This document shows positions 44,295 to 55,601 of a stretch of DNA of 64,000 nucleotides, piece by piece. Below the pieces are notes generated by a model. It was not told where the DNA came from, made no database searches, and was given only the letters and a program-made list of their open reading frames with translations. The position numbers and the translations under genes were made by a program. The stretch spans positions 1,090,495 to 1,154,494 of the forward strand of contig OZ245815.1 of NCBI GenBank assembly GCA_965228425.1, written 5' to 3'. The first letter of the stretch is position 1; every line of letters starts with the position of its first letter. The stretch comes from Alphaproteobacteria bacterium. GTDB taxonomy: Bacteria > Pseudomonadota > Alphaproteobacteria > UBA8366.

Positions 44295-45017
44295 ATGTCG
44301 GACCCCAACGATATTCTCGCCCGCGCGCGCGAGTACCCTTACGCGTTGCCGGGCCGTTCCTATATCTGGTCGGGGACGCAGGCCGACCCGATGCATGTCG
44401 AGGCGTTCGATCCAACGATGACGGAAGGCCGGACGCCGGTCCTTGCCGTCGGTTCGAACCAGTCGCCGCAGCAATTGGCGCGGAAGTACGGCGTCGGCAG
44501 CCATCACACGATCCCGGTGCAGCGGGCCACGCTTGCCGATTTTGACGTGGTGTTCGCCGCCCATATCTCCACCTATGGCGCCGTGCCGGCCATGTTGCAG
44601 CGTTCGCCCGGCGTCGATGTGACGCTCTATGTCACCTGGCTCGACGGCGCGCAGCTCGACATCATGCACGCGACCGAGGGCAACTATCACTTTGCCGAAA
44701 TTGCCGATGTCGATCTTCGGCTCGATGGCGACGTGGCGCGGGAGTCGGTTTTTCTCTACGTGGCGCGGTTGGGTCACCTCGTTCACGAGGATGGGCCGAT
44801 CAGCCTCGGCGCGGTGCCGGCGGCGGGGCGCAAGAATGCGGTGCGGTCGACGGCGGAGATGCTGCGGCATGTCCAGGACCGGCTCGAGCACGACGGCGAT
44901 CATGACGACTTCGTGCTGCGCCTGGTCAGTGACCTCGACTATCGCCGGGCTTGTATCGACCGGCTTGCGGAAGATTCCGTGCCCTTCGACTACCAATATC
45001 GGATCGTCGAGCCATGA
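44295..45017 (+). CDS. Hypothetical protein, possibly gamma-glutamylcyclotransferase (GGCT/AIG2)-like
   Basis: Trimmed to ATG 44295 (GGGAG upstream), giving 240 aa. VLAVGSNQSPQQL and MHATEGNYHFAEI loosely resemble the GGCT-fold YGSNxxxxL and E...Y motifs. The family call is weak. Confidence 0.5.
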   Translation: MSDPNDILARAREYPYALPGRSYIWSGTQADPMHVEAFDPTMTEGRTPVLAVGSNQSPQQLARKYGVGSHHTIPVQRATLADFDVVFAAHISTYGAVPAMLQRSPGVDVTLYVTWLDGAQLDIMHATEGNYHFAEIADVDLRLDGDVARESVFLYVARLGHLVHEDGPISLGAVPAAGRKNAVRSTAEMLRHVQDRLEHDGDHDDFVLRLVSDLDYRRACIDRLAEDSVPFDYQYRIVEP

Positions 45018-45826
45018 AGACCGCAATCAAACTGCGCCGCGATAAGATTTCCGTTGGGGCGCTCGACACGGGCGGCCGGATCGGCAAGTCGGCCTATGAA
45101 AAGAAGCTGGCGGCGCTGCAACAGCGCATGCAGACGATCCTTCAAGCCTATCTTCACACGGGCGACCGCGCGGTCGTGGTGTTCGAAGGGGTCGATGCCG
45201 CCGGCAAGGGCGGGACGATCCGGCGGTTGACCAGCGTCTTGGATCCCCGCGCTTATAAGGTTTGGCCAATCGGGGCGCCCAACGCGGTGGAGCGCAAGCA
45301 GCATTACCTCACCCGGTTCTGGGGACGCCTGCCGGAACACGGCAGACTCGCGGTGTTCGACCGTTCCTGGTACGGCCGGGTGCTGGTCGAGCGCGTCGAG
45401 CGGTTCGCCACGAAAGCGGAATGGCGCCGCGCATATGCCGAGATCAACGAATTCGAACATATGTTGATCAATGACGGCGTCCGGCTGGTGAAAATCTTCC
45501 TGCACGTGTCGCCGGACGAGCAGTTGGAGCGATTCAAACAGCGTGTCAACGACCCGTTGAAACGGTGGAAGCTCACTTTCGAGGACGTGCGAAACCGGGA
45601 GAAATGGGATCTCTACGAAATCGCGATCGACGAGATGATCGCCAAGACCTCGACGGTAGAGGCCCCGTGGCGCGTTATCGCCACCAACCAAAAGAAGCGG
45701 GCGCGAATCGACGCGCTGACCCTCATCACCGACCATATGGCCGCCGGTGTCGATCTCAAGCCGCGGCCGCTGGATCCGGAGCTGCAGGCGGCGGCGGAAG
45801 AGACACTCGGTCTGAGTTTCGACTAG
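45014..45826 (+). CDS. ppk2: Polyphosphate kinase 2 (PPK2) family
   Basis: The ATG at 45014 overlaps the upstream stop (ATGA). 270 aa. VVVFEGVDAAGKGGTIRRL is the Walker A; YLTRFWGRLPEHGRLAVFDRSWY is the PPK2 signature. Confidence 0.88.
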   Translation: MKTAIKLRRDKISVGALDTGGRIGKSAYEKKLAALQQRMQTILQAYLHTGDRAVVVFEGVDAAGKGGTIRRLTSVLDPRAYKVWPIGAPNAVERKQHYLTRFWGRLPEHGRLAVFDRSWYGRVLVERVERFATKAEWRRAYAEINEFEHMLINDGVRLVKIFLHVSPDEQLERFKQRVNDPLKRWKLTFEDVRNREKWDLYEIAIDEMIAKTSTVEAPWRVIATNQKKRARIDALTLITDHMAAGVDLKPRPLDPELQAAAEETLGLSFD

Positions 45827-46521
45827 TCCGCCGCGAATTTCCAAACGACTGCATTGCGCACGTCGGTGTCTTCCAGTTCCCGCGTCGTCTTCACCGCGTA
45901 GCGCACGACCCATTCGAGTCCGTTTTTCGGCAGATAGGTGCGGCCCGGATCGCCAAGCAGGACGGTGCGGCCGTTGCGCGATAGATGCAATAACCATTGC
46001 GTCACCCGGTCGGACAGCGGTTGCTCGTAACAGATATCGCCCGCGAGGACGACATCCCAGGGCCCATCCTGCCCGATCAGATCGTCTTGCGTGGCCGTCA
46101 CCGCTGTCTCGTTGAGGGTGGCATTGAGATCGATCGCCGTGGCGGCAAAGGGATCGATATCGCAGGCGATCACGGAAGCGGCCCCGGATATCGCCGCGGC
46201 AATCGCCACCAGTCCGCAGCCGCTGGCGAAATCGAGTACCCGCTTTCCCGCGACGACATCGGGATTGTCGAGAATGTAGCGCGCCACCGCCTGTCCGCCG
46301 GCCCAGGCGAAGGCCCAGTAGGGCGGCGGGATGCCGAGATGCGCCAGGTCTTCTTCCGTCGCCTGCCAGATCGGCACGATTTCGGTCGCCAGATACAGCC
46401 GGATTTCAGGGATCAGCGGCGGCGTTTCGACGGCGGTGTTCGCCTCGATAAAGGTTCTGGGATCTTTAGCCAAGCGGCACGCCGCCCGCAAGCATGGCGG
46501 CCAGAACCAGCAGGCCGGCAT
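45823..46521 (-). CDS. Class I SAM-dependent methyltransferase (PrmA / lysine methyltransferase-like)
   Basis: KRVLDFASGCGLVAIAAAISGAASVIACDIDP is SAM motif I. The start is uncertain. ATG 46521 would overlap ubiA by 56 nt. TTG 46473 overlaps only the ubiA stop region. Confidence 0.7.
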   Translation of the reverse strand: MPACWFWPPCLRAACRLAKDPRTFIEANTAVETPPLIPEIRLYLATEIVPIWQATEEDLAHLGIPPPYWAFAWAGGQAVARYILDNPDVVAGKRVLDFASGCGLVAIAAAISGAASVIACDIDPFAATAIDLNATLNETAVTATQDDLIGQDGPWDVVLAGDICYEQPLSDRVTQWLLHLSRNGRTVLLGDPGRTYLPKNGLEWVVRYAVKTTRELEDTDVRNAVVWKFAAD

Positions 46522-47410
46522 AGCGGTTGGATTTGAACTTGGCGAGACAGTCCGCCGGATCGTCCAGGTTTACCGTCGCCGCCTGGCGCGCCAGTTGGAA
46601 CGCGGCATAGGCCAGGAAGGGATAGGCCGTCCAGCGCAGATCCGCCGTCCAGAAGGCCGCGACCAGGAGGACGACGGTGAGGGTGTAGAAGAACCAAAGC
46701 CACGGCCGTGTCTTCGTTCCGAATTTGAGCGCGGTGGATTTCACGCCGATCAACGCATCGTCTTCCTTGTCCTGGTGGGCATAGATCGTGTCGTATCCCA
46801 GCGTCCAAGCAATCCCCGCCGCGTAGAGCAACAGCGCCGGTAGGGCCAGGGATTCGGTGACCGCCGCCCATCCGACCAGCGCGCCCCAATTGAAGGTCAC
46901 GCCCAGGAACGCCTGCGGCCAGTATGTGATGCGCTTCATCAGCGGATAGAGCGCCACCAGCACCAGCGACGAAATAGCGACGGCGATGGTAAAGGGATTG
47001 AAGAAGACCAACACTGCCAAGCCGACGAGCATTTGCGCGGCCAGGAACACGACCGCCTGGGTCACGCTAATTGCGCCGCTCGGAATCGGCCGGGTGGCGG
47101 TGCGTGCGACGCGGGCATCGAAGTCCCGGTCCAGGATGTCGTTCCAAGTGCAGCCGGCGCCGCGCATGACGAGCGATCCGATGGCGAAGAGCAGCCCGTA
47201 TTGCAGCGACCGCAGCGGGTCCGGGCCGAGCACGGCCGCCGTGGCGAGGGCGGTGCCCCACCAGCAGGGGATCAGCAGGAGCCACGTGCCGATCGGCCGG
47301 TCCAGGCGGGCCAGCCGCAAATAGGGCCGGACAGGGGCGGGCACGATCCGGTCGATCCAGTCGTCGGTGGCGATGTCGCTCGCGCTATGGCTGGGGCTGC
47401 CGTCGGTCAT
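46466..47410 (-). CDS. ubiA: 4-hydroxybenzoate polyprenyltransferase
   Basis: 314 aa. YLRLARLDRPIGTWLLLIPCWWG, NDILDRDFDARVARTATRPIPSG (Asp-rich motif) and YDTIYAHQDKEDD match UbiA. Confidence 0.9.
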   Translation of the reverse strand: MTDGSPSHSASDIATDDWIDRIVPAPVRPYLRLARLDRPIGTWLLLIPCWWGTALATAAVLGPDPLRSLQYGLLFAIGSLVMRGAGCTWNDILDRDFDARVARTATRPIPSGAISVTQAVVFLAAQMLVGLAVLVFFNPFTIAVAISSLVLVALYPLMKRITYWPQAFLGVTFNWGALVGWAAVTESLALPALLLYAAGIAWTLGYDTIYAHQDKEDDALIGVKSTALKFGTKTRPWLWFFYTLTVVLLVAAFWTADLRWTAYPFLAYAAFQLARQAATVNLDDPADCLAKFKSNRYAGLLVLAAMLAGGVPLG

Positions 47411-47463
47411 GGGCTAATCTTGCCGGTGAGTGGTAGACGGCTCAAGCGATGGAGACAGGAAAA

Positions 47464-48222
47464 ATGCGGCATAGGGCGAAAGCCCGGCTTTATGTCGAGG
47501 ACGATCTTGGCGACGCCGCGACCGTAGGCTTGCCTGCGGCGCAGGCGCATTACCTGCAGCACGTCCTGCGGCTCGGGTCCGGCGACATGATCGCGCTGTT
47601 CAATGGCCGTGATGGGGAATGGCATGCCAGGATCGACGGTTTCGGCCGCGGTTGGTGCTCGCTGGTCGTCGAAACACAGACGCGCCAGCAGGGTACGGAA
47701 CCGGATATATGGTTGATGTTCGCGCCGATCAAACGCGCCCGTCTCGATTTCCTCGTCCAGAAGGCGGTCGAGTTAGGGGCATCGCGGTTGCAACCGGTCA
47801 TGACCCGGCACACCGATGTGAAACGGGTCAATGTCGAACGCCTGCGCGCCAATGTCGCCGAAGCGGCGGAGCAATGCGAGCGGACGACCTTGCCGGCGGT
47901 GGGCGAGGCGCTGTCGTTATCGGCGGTCTTGGCGGACTGGCCTGCCGGGCGCCGCATCCTTCTTTGTGCCGAAACGGGTCCCGCGCGGCCGATCCACGAC
48001 GTGCTGACGGCGGCGTCAACGGCCGGACCGCCAGCCGGTTGGGCGATCCTGACCGGCCCCGAGGGCGGCTTCGAGCCCTCCGAACTTGACGCACTCGGAA
48101 AACTGCCCTTTGTTACGGCGGTAAGTCTGGGGCCTCGCATCCTTCGTGCTGAAACCGCCGCCTTATCCGCCCTCGTTTGCTGGCAGTCGGTTCTCGGGGA
48201 CTGGCACGCCGATCGGGTCTAA
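47464..48222 (+). CDS. rsmE: 16S rRNA (uracil1498-N3)-methyltransferase
   Basis: Trimmed to ATG 47464 (GGAGACAGGA upstream). ARLYVEDDL...HYLQHVLRLGSGDMIALFNGRDGEW and the C-terminal ILTGPEGGFEPSEL...LGPRILRAETAAL are RsmE motifs. Confidence 0.88.
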   Translation: MRHRAKARLYVEDDLGDAATVGLPAAQAHYLQHVLRLGSGDMIALFNGRDGEWHARIDGFGRGWCSLVVETQTRQQGTEPDIWLMFAPIKRARLDFLVQKAVELGASRLQPVMTRHTDVKRVNVERLRANVAEAAEQCERTTLPAVGEALSLSAVLADWPAGRRILLCAETGPARPIHDVLTAASTAGPPAGWAILTGPEGGFEPSELDALGKLPFVTAVSLGPRILRAETAALSALVCWQSVLGDWHADRV

Positions 48223-48244
48223 ACCACGGAAAGCACCTTCGAAT

Positions 48245-49612
48245 ATGGCTGCACCTGCGTCTGCTGGCGGCGAAGTCATCACCGATAAAAAGCAGTTGGT
48301 CGAGTATCTGGAGCACGGCATCAAGCCGCCGTCCGAGTGGCGGATCGGCACCGAGCACGAGAAGTTTGCCTACGATCTGACCGACAACAGTCCGCTGCCG
48401 TATGAGGGCCGGCCCGGCATCAAGATGTTGTTGGAGGGACTGCAGCGGTTCGGCTGGCAGCCGGTCGAAGAGAAAGGCAACGTGATCGCGTTGACCCATC
48501 CGACCAACGGAGGCGTGACGCTGGAGCCCGGCGGCCAGTTCGAATTATCCGGCGGGTTGTTGAGCAATATCCATGAGACCTGCAATGAGGTGCACACTCA
48601 TCTCAACCAGGTGCGCGAGGTTTGCAATGAGATCGGCGCCGGGGTCATGGGCCTCGGGTTCAATCCGAAATGGCGGCGCGACGACATCCACTGGATGCCG
48701 AAGGGCCGCTACAAGATCATGCGTGAATACATGCCGAAAAAGGGCACCCTCGGCCTGGACATGATGCTCCGCACCTGCACCGTCCAGGTCAATCTGGATT
48801 TTTCGTCCGAAGCGGACATGGTCAAGAAGATGCGCGTCGCCATTGCGCTCCAGCCGGCGGCGACCGCGCTGTTCGCCAATTCACCCTTCACCGAGGGCAA
48901 GCCGAACGGTTTCGCGAGCTTCCGCAGCCATACATGGACCGATACCGACCCGGACCGTTGCGGGATGCTGCCCTTCGTGTTCGACGAAGGCTTCGGGTTC
49001 GAGCGGTGGGTCGACTACGTGCTCGACGTGCCGATGTATTTCGTCTACCGCGACGGCGTCTACCACGACGTTTCGGGCAAGTCCTTCCGCGATTTCATGG
49101 CGGGCAAGCTTGCAGGGTTCGAAGGCCAGGTGCCGCATATGGGCGACTGGGATGATCAGATCACCTTGCCCTTCCCCGAGGTCCGGCTGAAGCGCTTCAT
49201 CGAAATGCGCGGCGCCGATGGCGGCCCGTGGGCGCGACTCTGTGGATTGCCGGCGCTGTGGGTCGGTCTTCTATACGACGATGCGGCGCTCGATGCGGCC
49301 TGGGACATGTGCAAGGACTGGACGATCGAAGAGATGTCGGCGATGCGCGACGCGGTGCCGAAACACGCGCTTAGGGCCCCCTTCCGGGATGGCACGGTGC
49401 AGGATATCGCACGGCGGATGGTGGATCTGGCGGCGGACGGGCTGCGCCGTCGCGCCATTCCCGACGTCGACTATGTCGACGAGGTACCTTATCTCGACGA
49501 GTTGAAGGAAATCGCCGAGTCCGGAATTTCGCCGGCGGAGCGGCTGCTCGCCCTGTACAACGGCGAATGGCAAGGCGACATCGACCGCGTCTACGCCGAC
49601 ATGTCCTACTGA
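48245..49612 (+). CDS. gshA: Glutamate-cysteine ligase, plant/alphaproteobacterial type (GCS2)
   Basis: Trimmed to ATG 48245 (455 aa). WRIGTEHEKFAY, GGVTLEPGGQFELSG and RFIEMRGADGGPW are family signatures. Confidence 0.9.
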   Translation: MAAPASAGGEVITDKKQLVEYLEHGIKPPSEWRIGTEHEKFAYDLTDNSPLPYEGRPGIKMLLEGLQRFGWQPVEEKGNVIALTHPTNGGVTLEPGGQFELSGGLLSNIHETCNEVHTHLNQVREVCNEIGAGVMGLGFNPKWRRDDIHWMPKGRYKIMREYMPKKGTLGLDMMLRTCTVQVNLDFSSEADMVKKMRVAIALQPAATALFANSPFTEGKPNGFASFRSHTWTDTDPDRCGMLPFVFDEGFGFERWVDYVLDVPMYFVYRDGVYHDVSGKSFRDFMAGKLAGFEGQVPHMGDWDDQITLPFPEVRLKRFIEMRGADGGPWARLCGLPALWVGLLYDDAALDAAWDMCKDWTIEEMSAMRDAVPKHALRAPFRDGTVQDIARRMVDLAADGLRRRAIPDVDYVDEVPYLDELKEIAESGISPAERLLALYNGEWQGDIDRVYADMSY

Positions 49613-49634
49613 ATATGCCGACCGTCGTCGGCGA

Positions 49635-50087
49635 TCACAGAGGTTTGCGCATGAAGACGCGCTGATATCCGGCCTGTTCGCCCCGGTGGGTCTCTTCCCA
49701 TCCCAGCTTTTCGTAGAAGGCGACATTGTCGGCCATCACGACATGGGTGTAGAGGCGAATTTCGTCATATCCGCGCCGCCGGGCTTCGCATTCGGCAAAA
49801 GCCACGAGTTGTTTGCCAACACCTTGTCCTTGCGTGTCCGGCGCGGTCGCCACGTTGTCGAGCAACAAATACCCGTCCGCGTCGATAAGGATGAGGATTC
49901 CCAAAATGTTTGCCTGGGCGTCCAGCACGAAGGCCTCGCCTGCGGCGATTCGGGCGTCATAGTCATCCAACATGGGACCGGGCGGTCTATCCATCTGCGG
50001 CAGGTAGACGGCATAGGCTGCATCGACGACGGCGCGGATCGCGGCCGCATCGGGTGAGATAGCGGGACGGATTGATCCGTCGGCCAC
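49635..50087 (-). CDS. GNAT-family N-acetyltransferase
   Basis: 150 aa, GTG start. VATAPDTQGQGVGKQLVAFAECEARRRGY is the acetyl-CoA binding Q/RxxGxG motif. Confidence 0.8.
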   Translation of the reverse strand: MADGSIRPAISPDAAAIRAVVDAAYAVYLPQMDRPPGPMLDDYDARIAAGEAFVLDAQANILGILILIDADGYLLLDNVATAPDTQGQGVGKQLVAFAECEARRRGYDEIRLYTHVVMADNVAFYEKLGWEETHRGEQAGYQRVFMRKPL

Positions 50088-50140
50088 CGGTCAGCCTTTC
50101 TTCGAATGCCAGCGGCGGGAACGTCACCCCGCCAAACGCA

Positions 50141-51574
50141 CTATGCGGCGGTGCCGCCGACCGTCAGTCCGTCTATGCGCATGGTCGGTTGCCCGACCCC
50201 GACGGGGACCGATTGGCCGTCCTTGCCACAGGTGCCGACACCGTCGTCGAGCTTCGTGTCGTTACCGATCATCGAGACCTTGGTCAGCACGTCGGGGCCG
50301 TTGCCGATCAGCGTGGCCCCCTTGACCGGCGCGCCGAGCTTGCCGGCCTCGATCTGATAAGCCTCGGTGCAGGTGAAGACGAACTTGCCGCTGGTGATGT
50401 CCACCTGGCCGCCGCCGAAGTTCACCGCATACAGGCCGTTATCGACAGAGGCCAGAATTTCGCCCGGGTCCTTGTCGCCGTCCAGCATGTAGGTGTTCGT
50501 CATGCGCGGCATCGGCGCATGCGCATAAGACTGACGCCGGCCGTTGCCGGTCGGCTCCATGCCCATGAGCCGGGCGTTGAGCCGGTCCTGGATGTAGCCG
50601 ACGAGGATGCCGTCCTCGATGAGCGTGGTCGAACTGGCGGTCGTTCCCTCGTCGTCGACAGTCAGCGAGCCGCGCCGATCGGGGATCGTACCGTCGTCTA
50701 CCACGGTGACGCCGGGCGATGCGACGCGCTCGCCCATCAGGCCGGCGAAGGCCGAGGTTTTCTTGCGGTTGAAATCACCCTCCAGGCCGTGACCAACGGC
50801 TTCGTGCAGCAACACGCCGGGCCAGCCCGGGCCGAGCACCACCTGCATTTCGCCGGCAGGCGCAGGGACCGATTCGAGATTGACGACGGCTTGGCGCAGC
50901 GCTTCATCGACCTGCCCTTGCCAAGCAGCCGGGTCGAGATAGGCGGCGAAACTGGTACGGCCGCCGGCGCCGTGGCTGCCGCTTTCCATGCGGTCGCCTT
51001 CGCCGGCCACGATCATGACGTTGAGGCGCACAAGCGGGCGGATATCGGCGACGCGGTAGCCGTCGGGCCGGATGATCTGGACCGCCTGCCATTCCCCGGC
51101 GAGCGAGGCCATCACCTGTTTCACTCTACTGTCCTTAGCGCGTGCATAGGCATCGATCTCAGCCAACAGGCTCACCTTCTTTTCGAAGGGGATTTCGCCC
51201 AGCGGATTGTCGTCCGTATACAGGCTACGGTTCGTCGGCGCCGGGGCATCCGAGAAACTGCCGCTGTGGCCGCTCTTGACCGCCTGCACCGTCGCCGCGG
51301 CGCGGCGCATGGCCGCTTCCGACACTTCGGACGAATGGGCATAACCCGTGGCGTCGCCGGCGACGGACCGCAGGCCGAACCCGTGCGAAGTGTCGAAACT
51401 GGCACTCCGCACCCGGCCATCATCGAAAGAGATGCTCTCGGACTGGCAATATTCGAGAAACAGCTCGCCGTCATCCACGCCGGTGAGGGCCTCGGCCGCG
51501 ATATCGGTGACGCGGTCCCGGTCCAGGCCGGTCTTGCCGAAAAACAGGTCGTCTGTCGTGGCCAAGTTCGTCAT
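50141..51574 (-). CDS. tldD: Metalloprotease TldD
   Basis: 477 aa. GELFLEYCQSESISFDDGRV, HEAVGHGLEGD (HExxxH-type) and the C-terminal MRIDGLTVGG match TldD. Confidence 0.92.
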   Translation of the reverse strand: MTNLATTDDLFFGKTGLDRDRVTDIAAEALTGVDDGELFLEYCQSESISFDDGRVRSASFDTSHGFGLRSVAGDATGYAHSSEVSEAAMRRAAATVQAVKSGHSGSFSDAPAPTNRSLYTDDNPLGEIPFEKKVSLLAEIDAYARAKDSRVKQVMASLAGEWQAVQIIRPDGYRVADIRPLVRLNVMIVAGEGDRMESGSHGAGGRTSFAAYLDPAAWQGQVDEALRQAVVNLESVPAPAGEMQVVLGPGWPGVLLHEAVGHGLEGDFNRKKTSAFAGLMGERVASPGVTVVDDGTIPDRRGSLTVDDEGTTASSTTLIEDGILVGYIQDRLNARLMGMEPTGNGRRQSYAHAPMPRMTNTYMLDGDKDPGEILASVDNGLYAVNFGGGQVDITSGKFVFTCTEAYQIEAGKLGAPVKGATLIGNGPDVLTKVSMIGNDTKLDDGVGTCGKDGQSVPVGVGQPTMRIDGLTVGGTAA

Positions 51575-51957
51575 GGTGTCGGGTCTCCGTATAGCGGTTG
51601 AACGCGCAATCTAAATTTCTATCGACAGGAGTGCCGCGGCCGCGCCCCGGCAACTCGGTTCCTGGTCATATATGTATACCTGGCAAGCGTCGCTTCCACA
51701 TCCGCGAATTCACAATTGCACATGCCGGCCGCGGCCAATCGAGTCGTCGATGGCACAGGAGGCGCTGACAGGAAACCCTTGCAATTTGGCATATTTGACG
51801 ACAGTTTCCGATTTTGCGACATAGTGTCGCTAGGTGTCCAAGGTCAATACGGCGGGTGGTATACATGCTGCCGTTTCAGGGGTGGTTTCTTGGAATTTTT
51901 CGACCTTAACGGATTATGCGCCGGCTAACGGCTGGCGATTTTACGGGGGAAGTAAGC

Positions 51958-54466
<2,509 letters not shown>

Positions 54467-54497
54467 AGGCGGATGAAGCATTCGGCGGAGATAACGC

Positions 54498-55418
54498 GTG
54501 TCTGATACGGCTTATCGCGTAGATGCGGCAGCGGCCGCCTCGGACCTGCCTACGGCGGAGTTGGGCGACTATATGGCCCTGATGAAGCCGCGGGTCATGT
54601 CGCTGGTCGTGTTCAGCGGCCTCGCGGGTCTGCTTGCGGCGCCGGGTGAGTTGCATTGGTTGCTCTCCGCTGTCGTTGTACTGGCCATTGCGAGCGGCGC
54701 CGGTGCAGCGGGCGCCATCAACATGTGGTACGACCGCGATATCGATGCAGTGATGGAGCGGACGAGCAATCGGCCGATTCCCTTGGGCCGTGTCGATCCC
54801 GACGAGGCGCTGACCTTCGGCGTCGTTCTGGCCTGCGGTTCGGTCCTGTTGATGGGGATCGCGGTGAACTTCGTGGCGGCGGGGCTGTTGGCGGTCAGCA
54901 TCCTGTTCTACGTGTTTGTGTACACGATGTGGCTCAAGCGCCGGACGCCGCAGAATATCGTGATCGGCGGTGCGGCCGGGGCCTTTCCGCCGGTGATAGG
55001 CTGGGCCGCCGTGACCGGCACGGTCGGCATCGAATCATTGGTTCTTTTCCTGCTCATCTTCATGTGGACGCCGCCGCATTTCTGGGCGCTGGCGCTGTAC
55101 CGCTGCGGTGACTACGCGGCGGCAGGCGTGCCGATGCTGCCGGTGGTGTCGGGCAAACGCGAAACCAAACGACAGATCGTTATCTACACCGTCCTAATGG
55201 CGCCGGTCGCGGTGGCGCCGACGCTGCTCGGGTTTGCAGGCTGGATATACGGGGCGGCGGCGATCTTGTTGAGCGCGATCTTCATCGCCGGCGCCGTAGC
55301 AATTTGCCGCGATGACACGGACCGGAGCGCGAAGCGGACCTTCGGTTTCTCGATCTTCTATCTATTTGCGCTCTTTGGCCTGCTCATGATCGATCGTGTG
55401 CCGGGAGCGGCCGGGTAG
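54498..55418 (+). CDS. ctaB: Protoheme IX farnesyltransferase (heme O synthase)
   Basis: 306 aa, GTG start. YMALMKPRVMSLVVF, NMWYDRDIDAVMERTSNRPIP and WTPPHFWALA match the family. Confidence 0.92.
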   Translation: MSDTAYRVDAAAAASDLPTAELGDYMALMKPRVMSLVVFSGLAGLLAAPGELHWLLSAVVVLAIASGAGAAGAINMWYDRDIDAVMERTSNRPIPLGRVDPDEALTFGVVLACGSVLLMGIAVNFVAAGLLAVSILFYVFVYTMWLKRRTPQNIVIGGAAGAFPPVIGWAAVTGTVGIESLVLFLLIFMWTPPHFWALALYRCGDYAAAGVPMLPVVSGKRETKRQIVIYTVLMAPVAVAPTLLGFAGWIYGAAAILLSAIFIAGAVAICRDDTDRSAKRTFGFSIFYLFALFGLLMIDRVPGAAG

Positions 55419-55444
55419 CGGATGGTTCAATGGTTGACGGAATA

Positions 55445-55597
55445 ATGTCCAAAGACGATGGCAAGTCCGACAAGTCCTACCAGAGCGAGATGCACCGCAA
55501 GCAGCGCACCAAAAATCTCGCCCTGATGGCCGTGCTGGTCGGGTTCTGCGTACTGGTGTATTTCGTTGCGATCATCCGCATGAGCGGCGGGAGCTGA
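55445..55597 (+). CDS. 50-aa single-pass membrane protein between ctaB and ctaG (hypothetical)
   Basis: Below the ORF-track cut-off. ATG 55445 to TGA 55595-55597 encodes MSKDDGKSDKSYQSEMHRKQRTKNLALMAVLVGFCVLVYFVAIIRMSGGS. It ends 4 nt before the ctaG ATG. A small ORF at this position is common in alphaproteobacterial cta clusters (from memory). Confidence 0.5.
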   Translation: MSKDDGKSDKSYQSEMHRKQRTKNLALMAVLVGFCVLVYFVAIIRMSGGS

Positions 55598-55601
55598 TTC
55601 G

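Noticed and set aside
44451-44460. GGTTCGAACC, a tRNA T-loop-like string (similar strings occur near 900 and 36951)
   Set aside because: It is embedded in coding sequence in frame with good protein homology or ORF context. No acceptor or anticodon stems can be drawn around it. I found no tRNA in the window.
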